Source of the DNA: Octopus sinensis
Taxonomy: Eukaryota
Assembly (NCBI RefSeq): GCF_006345805.1
Contig: NC_043010.1
Location: 51,894,001 to 51,958,000, forward strand
Length of the DNA: 64,000 bases
Reading direction: 5' to 3'
The notes beneath the pieces were generated by a model. That model worked only from the letters and a program-made list of their open reading frames with translations. It searched no databases and was not told where the DNA came from. Positions 11,797-22,794 of the stretch are shown in pieces; the stretch's first letter is position 1, and each line of letters starts with the position of its first letter. A program made the position numbers and the translations under genes.

Positions 11797-12707
11797 CTGT
11801 TATAAATATATAGATATATAAAAGATAATTATATATTTGTTAATAAACATTAGATACAATAATTTATTAATAAACAGATACAATAAAATAAATGTAATTA
11901 CAATAAAAATAATTGTTTTAAAGATTTATTCAGAAAACGGAAAGGCAATGCCCTTAATTTTTTTTCAGGACTTCCAAGATTATGGGTTGGAGGTTTTAAT
12001 GAAGGAAAAAAGCAATTATTCCCAAACTGGAGACCTAGTGTGAGGGCTTGGAACAGATTAATTCTTCTAAAGACACCAAAAGGTGTTGAACAGGTAGATA
12101 GATTAATAATAACAGTTTTTTAAACTCTGAGGAAGTATTTGTAATAAAGATAGAATTAAACATAAGTAGATGCTCAAACACACACATGAAGGACTTCAGT
12201 GATGTTGAACCGGCAACCTTTTTAATATATCCTACCTACCACTTCAATTTACTTTAGATCCATGATTGCAAATTTTTACATAGCTGGATTAAGTACATGT
12301 GTTATTGGACACCAATAACTTTTTAAATGCTATATATATATATAAGGATGAAAGCACATGGCCTAGTGGTTAGAGCAACGGACACACGGTCGAGGGATCG
12401 TTGGTTCGAATCTCAAACCGGGCGATGTGTGTGTTTATGAGCGAAACACCTAAGCTCCACGCAGCTCCAGCAGAAGGTAATGGCAAACTTCTGCTGACTC
12501 TTTCCTCCTGCATCTTGCTCACCTGCGACAGACCGGCGTCCAGGTGGGGAACCTATACACCAAGGAAACTGGGAAAGCAGCCCTATGAGTCAGGCATGGC
12601 TCAAGAAGGAACAAACAATATCAGAAGGCTGCGTGTTCATATCACGTCGGGGTCACCAATTGTAACAAGATGGTCTCAGGAACACTTGATGGGTGTCTGT
12701 CTTATCT

Positions 12708-13098
12708 TGTCACATATAATTGTCGAAGGGAGAACCAAAACCCGACTGTCTTCAATAGCAATAAATAATACTTTATTTTTTGGGTTTCACAAATAAAAAT
12801 ATATACACATATATTTTCCTTAAGGGCGAACCAGTAGCCAAGTCCACAAGACTGTTCACAAATGTTCACTTGTGTGAGCCAAAATTACCATCTCCATTCT
12901 CGCTTAGAAGAGAGCTTCTCTATATGTAGGGTTTTCCCTGAGAAGGTTGGTCACGTCCACTCGGTAGGGTTGCTGATTCAAAAAGACAGATTTAGCAGGA
13001 ACGCTTTCAGCTTGCGCATGAGGGAACTTCCAGTGGCCTACCAGAAGTAATCCAACTCTGCACATGTGCGCTGAAAACTTCCAAAACGCGTCAATACA
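12708..13098 (-). mobile_element. Candidate solo LTR in MESD intron 4
   Basis: TGT...ACA termini, AATAAA about 60 nt from the minus-strand 3' end, flanks tatct/tatat (4 of 5 match). No internal ORF. Confidence 0.35.
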
Positions 13099-13713
13099 TA
13101 TATAAGTAAACTTTTTAAAAGTTAAATACTAGCCAATAACACTTCTCTCTTCTCTCCTTTTGCAACAGGAGCAACCATGTATCTATTCTACTGCAGGACA
13201 CCTGCTTTTATCCCTCTATCATAACTTTACCTCTCATCACCCAGCACAAAGCCACATCCCTTAATACTACTCAACCCTCAGCTGAGAAGTCTTGTCTTAT
13301 GAGCCACTTGGTGACCTCACTCATGCTGGTGCCATGTAAAAAGCACCATATACATTCTGTAAAGTGGTTGGCTATAGGAAGGGAATTGAACCATAAAAAC
13401 CATGCCAAAGCAGACAGTAGTGCTTGCTGCAATCCTTTGGCTCACCAGCTCCTATCAAACTGTCCAATCCATGCTCACATAGAAGGTACACATTAAATGA
13501 TGATGATTATGTGTGTGTGTGTAAAATGAGTATTAAAATTGTTTTAAAGCAGAGATGGGTGCTACAAGTAATAATTTCACTGCAAAGAAATACAGTTGCA
13601 CTAGTACACTGCATTAAAAACACATTTTCTAAATTACTTGGCCTTTCCCAACAAGCCCTCAAAAACTCACAGCCCACTTGTGGACCCATACACAGCACAT
13701 CTGATTTATACTT

Positions 13714-13925
13714 TTAACCCTTTCACATTCAAATTGCTCTGTCAAATGTAATGCTTATTCACATTGTTTCGAGTTAATCATGCATTATGTTGCAGCTTTG
13801 AGATTTCAACAATGTGATTGTTATTTTTAGAATAACATTGTAGGGTAAGTGTGATGGGACGAATCTAGCTTGTTTGAACATAAAACAGATGGGATATATG
13901 GGCAGTTCAAATGTTAAAGAGTTAA
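13714..13925. mobile_element. piggyBac-type MITE family 1 (TTAA-flanked)
   Basis: ttaaccct...a(g/a)gttaa ends. Best copy is 40379-40608; further copies or fragments near 18650-19010, 33560-33782, 35270-35860, 40850-41240, 55447-56010 and 60430-60573. Confidence 0.75.
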
Positions 13926-14079
13926 GCCCCACCACCAAGACATCGTAGTTCCTCTAAGAAAACATTGTTAGATTGGATATTTCCCAATATTGGGATTTTT
14001 TTTTTTAATCACACCTGAAAGTTTTGGTGAATTTTAATTAATGATTTAATTAATTAACAAATGAATATTTTATACTAAC

Positions 14080-14221
14080 AGGTGATCCTTTGCCAGGGAA
14101 GTCCTGGTTCTCTATGGTTACTGACAAACATCGTTCCTGCTCGACAAGGAAGTTCTTTATCTCCCATGCTTTTGAGCCATCTTTTAACATGAAAATTGCT
14201 CGGTTGTCACTGATTAAATAT
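14080..14221 (-). CDS. MESD: MESD exon 4
   Basis: Acceptor ttgcag|a, encodes YLISDNRAIFMLKDGSKAWEIKNFLVEQERCLSVTIENQDFPGKGSP, donor cct|gttagt (phase 0). Confidence 0.92.
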
Positions 14222-14502
14222 CTGCAATGCACAAAAATGAATATGTTAATAATAGAATTTAAGGACTTAGAAAACCCATGCTTGAGCTTCTTGAAAACCA
14301 AGGTTATTTATAATTTTGTTATACATGATTAATAAAACAAGAGAAAACTTGATCAGGTTTTTTTTTTTTTCATAAAATTTGGACTTTATAGGCACAGTCA
14401 ATGGCTCCATGGTCAAGAAGTTTGCTTTGCAACTATGTCGTTTTGAGTTCAATCCCATAGCCTTGTGAATGAATTTGGTAAACGGAAACTGTGCCGAAGC
14501 CC

Positions 14503-14542
<40 letters not shown>

Positions 14543-16182
14543 GGTTTGCCTCCCACCCATCCACTGTTTGACAACCAATGTTGGTTTGTTTATGTCTCCA
14601 TAAATTTGCAGTTCAGCAAAAGTCTGAAACAATTAGTACCAGACTTTAAAACAAAGAAAAAAAAGGACAAGGATCAATCTCCTCAACTAAAACTCTTTCA
14701 ATCAGTGCATCAGTGCTCCTGCATGGCCACAGTCCAATGGCTGAAATAAATAACAGAAAAATGACAAAAGATCTTCATGAACTGAAAGTCTTTAGAGTAT
14801 TGGATAGAATGCCTTGCAGTAGTTGTTACAAATTTTTGTGCTCTGAGTTCAAATCCTGCCACGGTCAACTTTGCCTTTCATCTTTTCAAGATCAAGTAAA
14901 AAAAAGTATTAATCCAGGGCAGAAGTGTTAGAGGGTCAGGCAAGATACCTTATGGTATTTGCTCTGGTCACTTTGTGTTCTGACAGCAACACCCACAGTC
15001 ACACCAATACCAGGCTGGTGGCCTTTCCCTTTGGTTAACCTTGGCACATCTTGTTGCTGTATGAGTTTTCTCTCTTCTTGATGCAATATGATGCGTCTGC
15101 AACTACAGGGGAGAAAACTGGTACAGCAACATGATGTGCCTAAATATTTTTTTCGTCCTTTTCAAGCCTAGCCAGGCTCATGGGGTCGGTTTCCTGGTTT
15201 CTATGGCATATGTGTTCCCCCTCAGCTGGACAGGATGCCAGTCCATCGCAGTGTTACTCAAGAAACAGGAAGAAAGAGTGAGAGAAAGTTGGGGCGAAAG
15301 AGTACAACAGGGGTCACCACCAACCCCTGCCAGAGCCTCATGGAGCTTTAGGTGTTTTCGCTCAATAAACACACACAACGCCTGGTCTGGTAATCGAAAC
15401 CACGATCCTCCGACCACGAGTCCACTGCCCTAACCACTGGGCCATTGCACCACCACCTAAAAGTGCCTAAATGTGCTAAAGTTTAAATATCAGTAGCATG
15501 GAAAAAGGCAACATGCTTTCACGGGCAACAGCCAATCATCCTTAGGAAATCTTGCCCAGCCCATGCCTACTCAAACAAGTACAGTGGTATGATCAACCTT
15601 GACCAATGGAGGCCCTATACCATCATTGTATCATCATCACCACTTAACATCCATCTCCGATGCTGGCATTGGTTGGACAGTCTGACAGGGACCAATAAGT
15701 CCAAGGACTGCAAAAATGCTCTAGTGTCTGCTTTAGGCATAGTTTCTATGGCTTGATGCCCTGCTTAACACAAACCACTTTACAGCATGTACTTGGTGCT
15801 TTTTTCATACCACCATCACTATTAAGGCTGCTATGCAGCTCAGAGGAGTATGAGAAATTTGTGGAGCACCAAAATCTCAAAGCTTGATCCGTTAGAATTA
15901 GTAGCTAAATCTCCTTTTAACTCTTTCATATTTAGATTACTCTGTCAAATGCTTATTTATTAACAAATGTTTTGAACTAAATGGGCAATAAAGAAATAAG
16001 AAGACATAATCCAAAGGTGCAACAAAGCGGGACTGAACCTGAAACCATGTGGCTACAAAGTGAGCTTCTTAACCACACAGCCATTCCTGCATTGATGAGA
16101 AATTGAAAAAAAAAGAAAAAAAAACAAAACATAAAAAACATAAAAACAATGACTATAAAGGGACAGTGGATTGTTTCCTTAC

Positions 16183-16264
16183 CGTGTAATATCTATGTTT
16201 GCGTTATATAAACTGCTCTGCCACAGTGACGTAATTTCTTCAGTCTCGTGCCGTGCAGGGTCAC
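16183..16264 (-). CDS. MESD: MESD exon 3
   Basis: Acceptor ctcactaacag|, encodes (G)DPARHETEEITSLWQSSLYNANIDIT(R), donor cg|gtaagg. Not in the ORF track; found by manual reverse translation. Confidence 0.93.
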
Positions 16265-17295
16265 CTGTTAGTGAGAAGAGATGTTCATGGTTGGAATGTC
16301 TTTGATCACAGGCTTGCACAATCAAGGCTAACTAGAGGCTAAACACTACCAGCAACAACATCAACAATAACACAAAGCCAACAAGGGCAGGAGCCTCCTC
16401 AAAGTCACTCAAAACATCTTTTACTTGTTTCAGTCACTGGACTGCAACCATACTGGACTGCTGCCTCAAAGAGTTTTCAGCCAAACAAATTGACTCTTCA
16501 TCATCATTGTCATCATCACTTAACATCCATCTCCCATGCTGGCATGGGTTGGACAGTTTGACAGTTAAGGCAGCAAACTGGCAGAAACGTTAGCGTGCCG
16601 GGAGAAATACTTAGCGATATTTCGTCTGCCATTACGTTCTGAGTTCAAATTCCGCCGAGGTCAACTTTGCCTTTCATCCTTCCGGGGGTCGATAAATTAA
16701 GTGCCAGTTTTGCACTGGGGTCGATGTAATTGACTTAATCCCTTTGTCTGTCCTTGTTTGTCCCCTCTATGTTTAGCTCCTTTGGGTAATAAATTAAATA
16801 AGTTTGACAGGCTCCAATAAGTCCAAGGACTGCAACATGCTCTAGTGTCTGCTTTAGGCATAGTTAGACTCACTCGTTAACAAAGGGAAGGGTGGTCACA
16901 ACAACGACAACATCATCATTTTAAAGTCTACTTTTCCATGCTTGCATAGGTCAAATGTATGAATTAAATGTCTGAGACAAGTTGTTATTAATAAGATTAT
17001 AATTTTTCAAAATTTTTCAAACTGATGCAGATTTTTTACTATAGCTAGATGTTCTTCCTGTTGTTGCCAGCTTGCACCTGTTTCCAAGTTAGGTAATATT
17101 TCCCCATGACCAGACAGGTTTTCATGAAAGATTGTAACCACAGGATACTGCTTGTATGAGGATGACACACATTCACAGCTACTGTGCACTGTCAAAGTAA
17201 GAAAATAGTTACACACACACACACAACAGGAATTTTTTTTGTTATTTATTCACCATTACACACGTTTCGTTTGCTAATAGGAATCTTTAAAAGGA

Positions 17296-17615
17296 GCACT
17301 CCGCCAGTTTTGACGACGAGGGTCCTGATATGATCAATGGAACAGCTTGCTCATGAAATTAACGTGCAAGTGGCTGAGCACTCCACAAACACGTGTACCC
17401 TTAACGTAGTCCTCAGGGAGATTCAGCATGACACAGTGTGTGACAAGGCTGGCCCTTTGAAATACAGGTACTACTCATTTTTGCCAGCTCAGTCAACTGG
17501 AACAATGTGAAATAAAGTGCCTTGCCCAAGGACACAACATGCCACTGGGAATTGAACTCACAACCTTTCAATCATGAGCCAAATGCCCCCTAACCACTAA
17601 ATCACGTGCCTTCAC
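17296..17615 (-). mobile_element. tRNA-derived SINE (family E)
   Basis: Reverse complement of the copy at 17935-18255. Confidence 0.8.
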
Positions 17616-17934
17616 CTAATAGGAATTACACCTAAATCATCATAGTTAACTCTGAAGTCACCTATAGAAAACTTCAAAAGGAATATAAAACATTATGTTA
17701 CCAGACAGTAAATTGGTGGATTGGTTACAGAATCAAATAGAATGCCCTGCAGTATTTCTTCCAGCTCCCTGTACTCTCAAGTTCAAATTCCACCAAGGTC
17801 AACTTTGCCTTTTATTCTGTAGAGGTTTTTTTAAATAAAATACAAGGGCAATTTTTCTCTCTCTTTCTCTCTTCCTTTTCTTCCTTCAATTTCCCCACTT
17901 CACTCTCTGTTTAAATCAGACTATTTTGCACTGT

Positions 17935-18255
17935 GTGAAGGCGCGTGGCTTAGTGGTTAGGGGCATTTGGCTCATGATCGTAAGGTCGTGAGTTCAATTC
18001 CTGGCGGCGCGTTGTGTCCTTCAACAAGACACTTTATTTTCATGTTGCTCCAGTCCACTCAGCTGGCAAAAATGAGTAGTATCTGTATTCCAAAGGATCA
18101 GCTTGTCACACTCTGTGTCACTCAATCTCCCCGAGAGCTATGTTAAGGGTACACGTGTCTGTGGAGTACTCAGCCACTTGCATGTTAATTTCACGAGCAA
18201 GCTGTTCCGTTGATCGTATCAGCTGGTACCCTCGTCGTCGCAACCGATGGAGTGC
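17935..18255 (+). mobile_element. tRNA-derived SINE (family E)
   Basis: A-box ggcttagtggttagg, B-box gagttcaattcc, then ttgtgtccttcaacaagacact core. Confidence 0.8.
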
Positions 18256-18433
18256 ATTTTGCACTGCAAGAAGAGTTGCTGGGAAACTGCTTACAGCGTC
18301 TCCCGTTATCCAAAAATAGAGAAGGGCTGAGTGAGGGGCTGCCAACCTCTTAACAAACTGTATGCCACTAGAACTGTCCAAAGATAGACCAATATCCAGG
18401 CCAATATGGAAAAAGGAAATAAAGAATACTTAC

Positions 18434-18587
18434 CAGAAACTGACACAAACATCATTAAAGTTTTGCCTTTTTTGCTCATCATGAGAAGTTCTTCAGGTTT
18501 ATTGGAGTCATACTTGGAGAAATCAACTGCTGGTGCTTCTCTTTTCCATTCTGGAAGTTCATCTGGTTCCAGTTCTTCATCTCCTTC
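18434..18587 (-). CDS. MESD: MESD exon 2
   Basis: Acceptor ttcttgtag|, encodes EGDEELEPDELPEWKREAPAVDFSKYDSNKPEELLMMSKKGKTLMMFVSVS, donor g|gtaagt (phase 1). Confidence 0.95.
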
Positions 18588-21366
18588 CTACAAGAACAAA
18601 CACTTGATGGTTAATAAATAAATTATTACAAAAAAAAAAAAAAGTGTGAAACCCTTCTTAACAGTTCCTTTCTATAACCCTTTAGTGTTTAAACCGGCCA
18701 TATCTGGCCCAAATAATCCCAAATATCCGGCCCAAATAATCTACCTGTTTTCTATTAAAACAGCCCAGGTTTGGTATCTCACACCAACCTATAATGTCAA
18801 TCTAAAAACAGGTAATAACATCATCGAAATCTTGAAGATACAGGATTATGCATGATTAATTATGCATGTAGCTATAAGATTTTGATGATGTGACTGTTTA
18901 TTTTTAGAATGACATTGTAGGGTAGGTGTAAGAGGTTAGATCTGACCAGTTCAAACATAAAACTGGAAGAATATTTTGGGATAGATGTGGCCAGTTTAAA
19001 TGCTAAAGAATTACAGAATATAATCCAAACCTTTCTTCTATATTTCTTTTTACTTTTTTATACGTTTCAGTCATTGGACAGTGGCCATGCTGGGGCAGTG
19101 CCTTGAAGGGTTTAGTCGAACAAACTGATCCTAGAAGTTATTTTATCAATTTCTTTTGCTGAACTGCTAGGGTATGGGAATGTAAACAAACCAGCAACGG
19201 GTGTCAAGCAGTGTTGGTGCTGGCTAACAGAAAAACACATACACACACACTAGCCATTACACATTATTTTTTCTCCTTGTTTCTTTCTGTGTTCCTTCCT
19301 GAAGAAGAGTGTAGGCTCGAAATGTTAAAGACTTTTTCACTTTCCGAGCATTATAATAATACATCTGTTTGTTGTCTACACCACCTGTCTTCGTCTTTTG
19401 TTTTTTTTGTGAATTCTCCCTACATATATACAGGGGAGGAGTATTTGTCCCCTACTAGTGCTTGATACCAACTGCTGTTAGTTCATTTATATCCCTGTAT
19501 CAGTGGTTCAGCAAAAGAGATCAATAGAATAAGTAACATACTTTTAAAAAGAAGTACTGGGGTCGATTTGTTCAACTAAACTCTTCAAGTCGGTGCCCCA
19601 GCATGGTCACAGACCAGTGACTGAAGTAAAAGAAAATAGGAGAAAAGATCTCTATACTATCTGGTAAAACTTCATGGCCACAGCGAGGGGGAGAGAGGAA
19701 GGTAAGAGGGAATAGAGGGAGAGAGAGAGAGAAAGAAAGGGAGCAGAGTGTGGTAGAGAGAAGGGGGAAGTAGAGAGAGAGAGAGATAGACAGACAGAGA
19801 GGGTGAGAGAGACAGACAGAGAGATAGAGTTCCAAGAATGAGATCAAGAGGGGAAGTAACAAAAGTGAAATGCAAATTAATTAACTGAGATGGTGGTGAC
19901 AGGCACAAGAGCCAAGGTTTCAGAGAAACTTGGTACCAGGCACAGAACATGGTATGAAAGAGAAGCAACAGAGAGAAGAGGACAACAACAACACAACAAA
20001 CAAGGAACAAACCAGAAACATTCATAATCATCAAATGTCTGTAAAATGATACAGGATGTCTAGATAATTACTTTATGATAATTCAATAAGGTGGAGGCAC
20101 GTGGTTTAGTGGTTAGGGTGTCAGCATCATGATCGTAAGATTGTGGTTTCGATTCCTGGACCGGGCGACGCATTGTGTTCTTGAGCAAAACACTTCATTT
20201 CACGTTGCTCCAGTCCACTCAGCTGGCAAAAATGAGTAACGCTGCGATGGACTGGCGTCCTGTCCAGCTGGGGAACACATACGCCATTGAAACCAGGAAA
20301 CCGGGCCCATGAGCCTGGCTAGGCTTTAAAATTGCACATTTATTATTATTTTTTTTAATTAATTCAATACATCTGATTGCAAACATGGCTGTGTGGTTAA
20401 GATGCCCACTTTGCAACCATGTGGTTTGTGGTTCAGTCCTACAGTACCTTGGGCAAGTGTCTACTATGGTCCCAGGCTCACCAATGTCTTGTGAGTGAAT
20501 TTGGTAAATGGAAACCATGTGGAAGCCTGTTGTTTGTACATATCTATGTGTGGGGGTGAAAGTGGATGGCTGAGTGGTTAGGGTGTTGCACTTACGAGCA
20601 TAAGATCATCATCATCATCATCATCATTTAACATCCGTTTTCCATGCTAGCATGGGTTGGACGGTTCGACTGGGGTTTGGTAAGCCATGGAGGCTGCACC
20701 AGGCTCTAGTCTGATTTGGCAGTGTTTCTACAGCTGGATGCCCTTCTTAATGCCAACCACTCCATGAGTGTAGTGGGTGCCTTTTACGTGCCACCAGCAC
20801 AGGGGTCAGAGCAGACTGGCAAACGGCCACGATCGTTGGTGCTTTTATGTGTCACCGACATGGACGCCAGTCGGGCGGTGCTAATATCTGCCACGTTCGG
20901 ACGGTGCTTTTTACGTGTCACCGGTACAGGTGTCTTAACTACAATTTCCATTTGAATCTTTATTTTGATGCTGACGTACTTGACTCAAGAGGTCTCCTCA
21001 AGAACAGCGGGTCACTCTACGATCCAAGGTTAGCACAGCAGGCCATCCTGCAAGCCATGAACTCACTTCATTTGTCAGGTCTTCGAAGTCACAGCATATC
21101 TCCAGATCATGGTTTCAATTCTCAGACCAGCACTGTGTTATGTTCTTGAGTAAGACACTTCATTTCATGTTGTTCCAGTCCACTCAGCTGTAAATGGCTG
21201 ACCCTGCAATGGACTGGCTTCTTGTTCAGAGCCACTTAAAGTGTCATACTGCATTACTACTTAATATTCTGTTGCTTATTTTGATTTTATTTACCTTACT
21301 TCGAGCTGTGCGGATAATACCGGACTGACTTGGTGCTTCAACATAAGTACCTAATTCAACTGAATC

Positions 21367-21409
<43 letters not shown>

Positions 21410-22540
21410 CATACATACACATGTGAATGTGTGCATGTCTGTTGCGCTTGTCATCCATCACTGCATGTTTGTGGCCCCCGTAACTAAGCAGTTCAGCAGA
21501 AAAAGACTGACGGAATAAGTATCGGTCTTTACAAAAAAAGATAAGTACTAGAGTCAGTTTGTTAAACTAAAACCTTCAAGGTGGTGCTCCAGCATAACCA
21601 CAGTCCAACGACTGAAACAAGTAAAAGAATATAAAGAATATAAACAAGACCAAAAAGTTGATTACATCGTTTCTCATTATTTTACTAGTACTGTACTTCA
21701 TTTCCACAGGAGACGCAAAGCAAAATTGACCATTGCTGGATTTGAACTCAGAATATCAAGAGTTAGAACAAATACAGCAAGGAATTACGTCCAGTTCAGC
21801 CGGGGCACCGCCCACTTTGGATAATAATTGTTCCCGATTTGGACACAAGGCTAACAATTTCAAGGGGGAAAAGTTAGTCGATTACAATTGACTCTAGTAA
21901 CAGATTGGTACTTTATTTTATCGACCCCGGTTTGACATCAGTAGAATTTGAATACAGAACATAAGGAATCAGAAGAAATACCGGTGCCTAAACAGAAATA
22001 TTGTCAAAATAATCCTTAAAACATTTTGTTTGATCCTACCAAAGCATCGTCCATTTCTATTGATAATAACGATGGCCTGAAATTTTAAGGAGTGAGTTAA
22101 GTACGCGATATCATCTACCATAGTATTTCACAGGTATATTATTTTATCGACCGTGAAAAAATAAGAATGTGATCTAGTCGGGGTTTGGACACAGAACATA
22201 AAACTCTGGAAGAAATACGGCAGAGCATTTCTTCTGACGCTCTAAAGAATCTGCCAGCACGCTGCCCTGCCATAAATAACAATAATTCTTTTCTACTACA
22301 GACAAATTTTGAGGGAGACGGGTTAGTCGTTAACATACATTCCGGTATTTACATGGATACTTATTTTATCGACCCCGAAAGGATGAAAGGCAAGGTTGAC
22401 CTCGGCGGAATTTACACTCAGAACAGAAAAGACGAACGAAATGCCACCATACATTTTGTCCAGCGTGTCAACAATTCACCCATCTCGTGCCTTATCCTAC
22501 CATTAGGAATAATAACAATAGTAAACAAACATATACTCAC

Positions 22541-22720
22541 CTCCCACTGTTCATATAATCGCTCCAGGTCAGCTTCGCTGTAGTCGCGGATGTCTTTCTT
22601 CTTCCAGCTGTCCGCGCTATCCTGATCAGTTGACTTCAGTTTGGACTTCTCTGCTGTCGCCGCAACATTATGTAAAAGCGAAAACAGGCACAAAATATAG
22701 AAGCAGACAATCTTGGACAT
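22541..22720 (-). CDS. MESD: MESD (LRP chaperone) exon 1, with signal peptide
   Basis: ATG at 22720. Encodes MSKIVCFYILCLFSLLHNVAATAEK...WKKKDIRDYSEADLERLYEQWE; KKKDIRDY..AD..RL.EQWE is the MESD hallmark. Donor gag|gtgagt. Confidence 0.95.
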
Positions 22721-22789
22721 CGTGAAGGAATGACACACTATAAATGGAATTCCTCGCCTTGTCTTTTAATGAACACGCCGTCTCTTTTG

Positions 22790-22794
22790 ATTGG
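22790..22794 (-). promoter_or_regulatory. CCAAT box in the putative MESD promoter (CpG-enriched 22.5-22.9 kb)
   Basis: AACCAATCA on the minus strand 70 nt upstream of the ATG; local CpG enrichment. Confidence 0.4.

Noticed and set aside
22721-22738. Longer MESD N-terminus given by the ORF track
   Set aside because: That start is GTG. The ATG at 22720 directly precedes a typical signal peptide.
22776-22794. ER-stress element (CCAAT-N9-CCACG) upstream of MESD
   Set aside because: Spacing fits but the second half reads CGGCG, two mismatches from CCACG; too weak to call.
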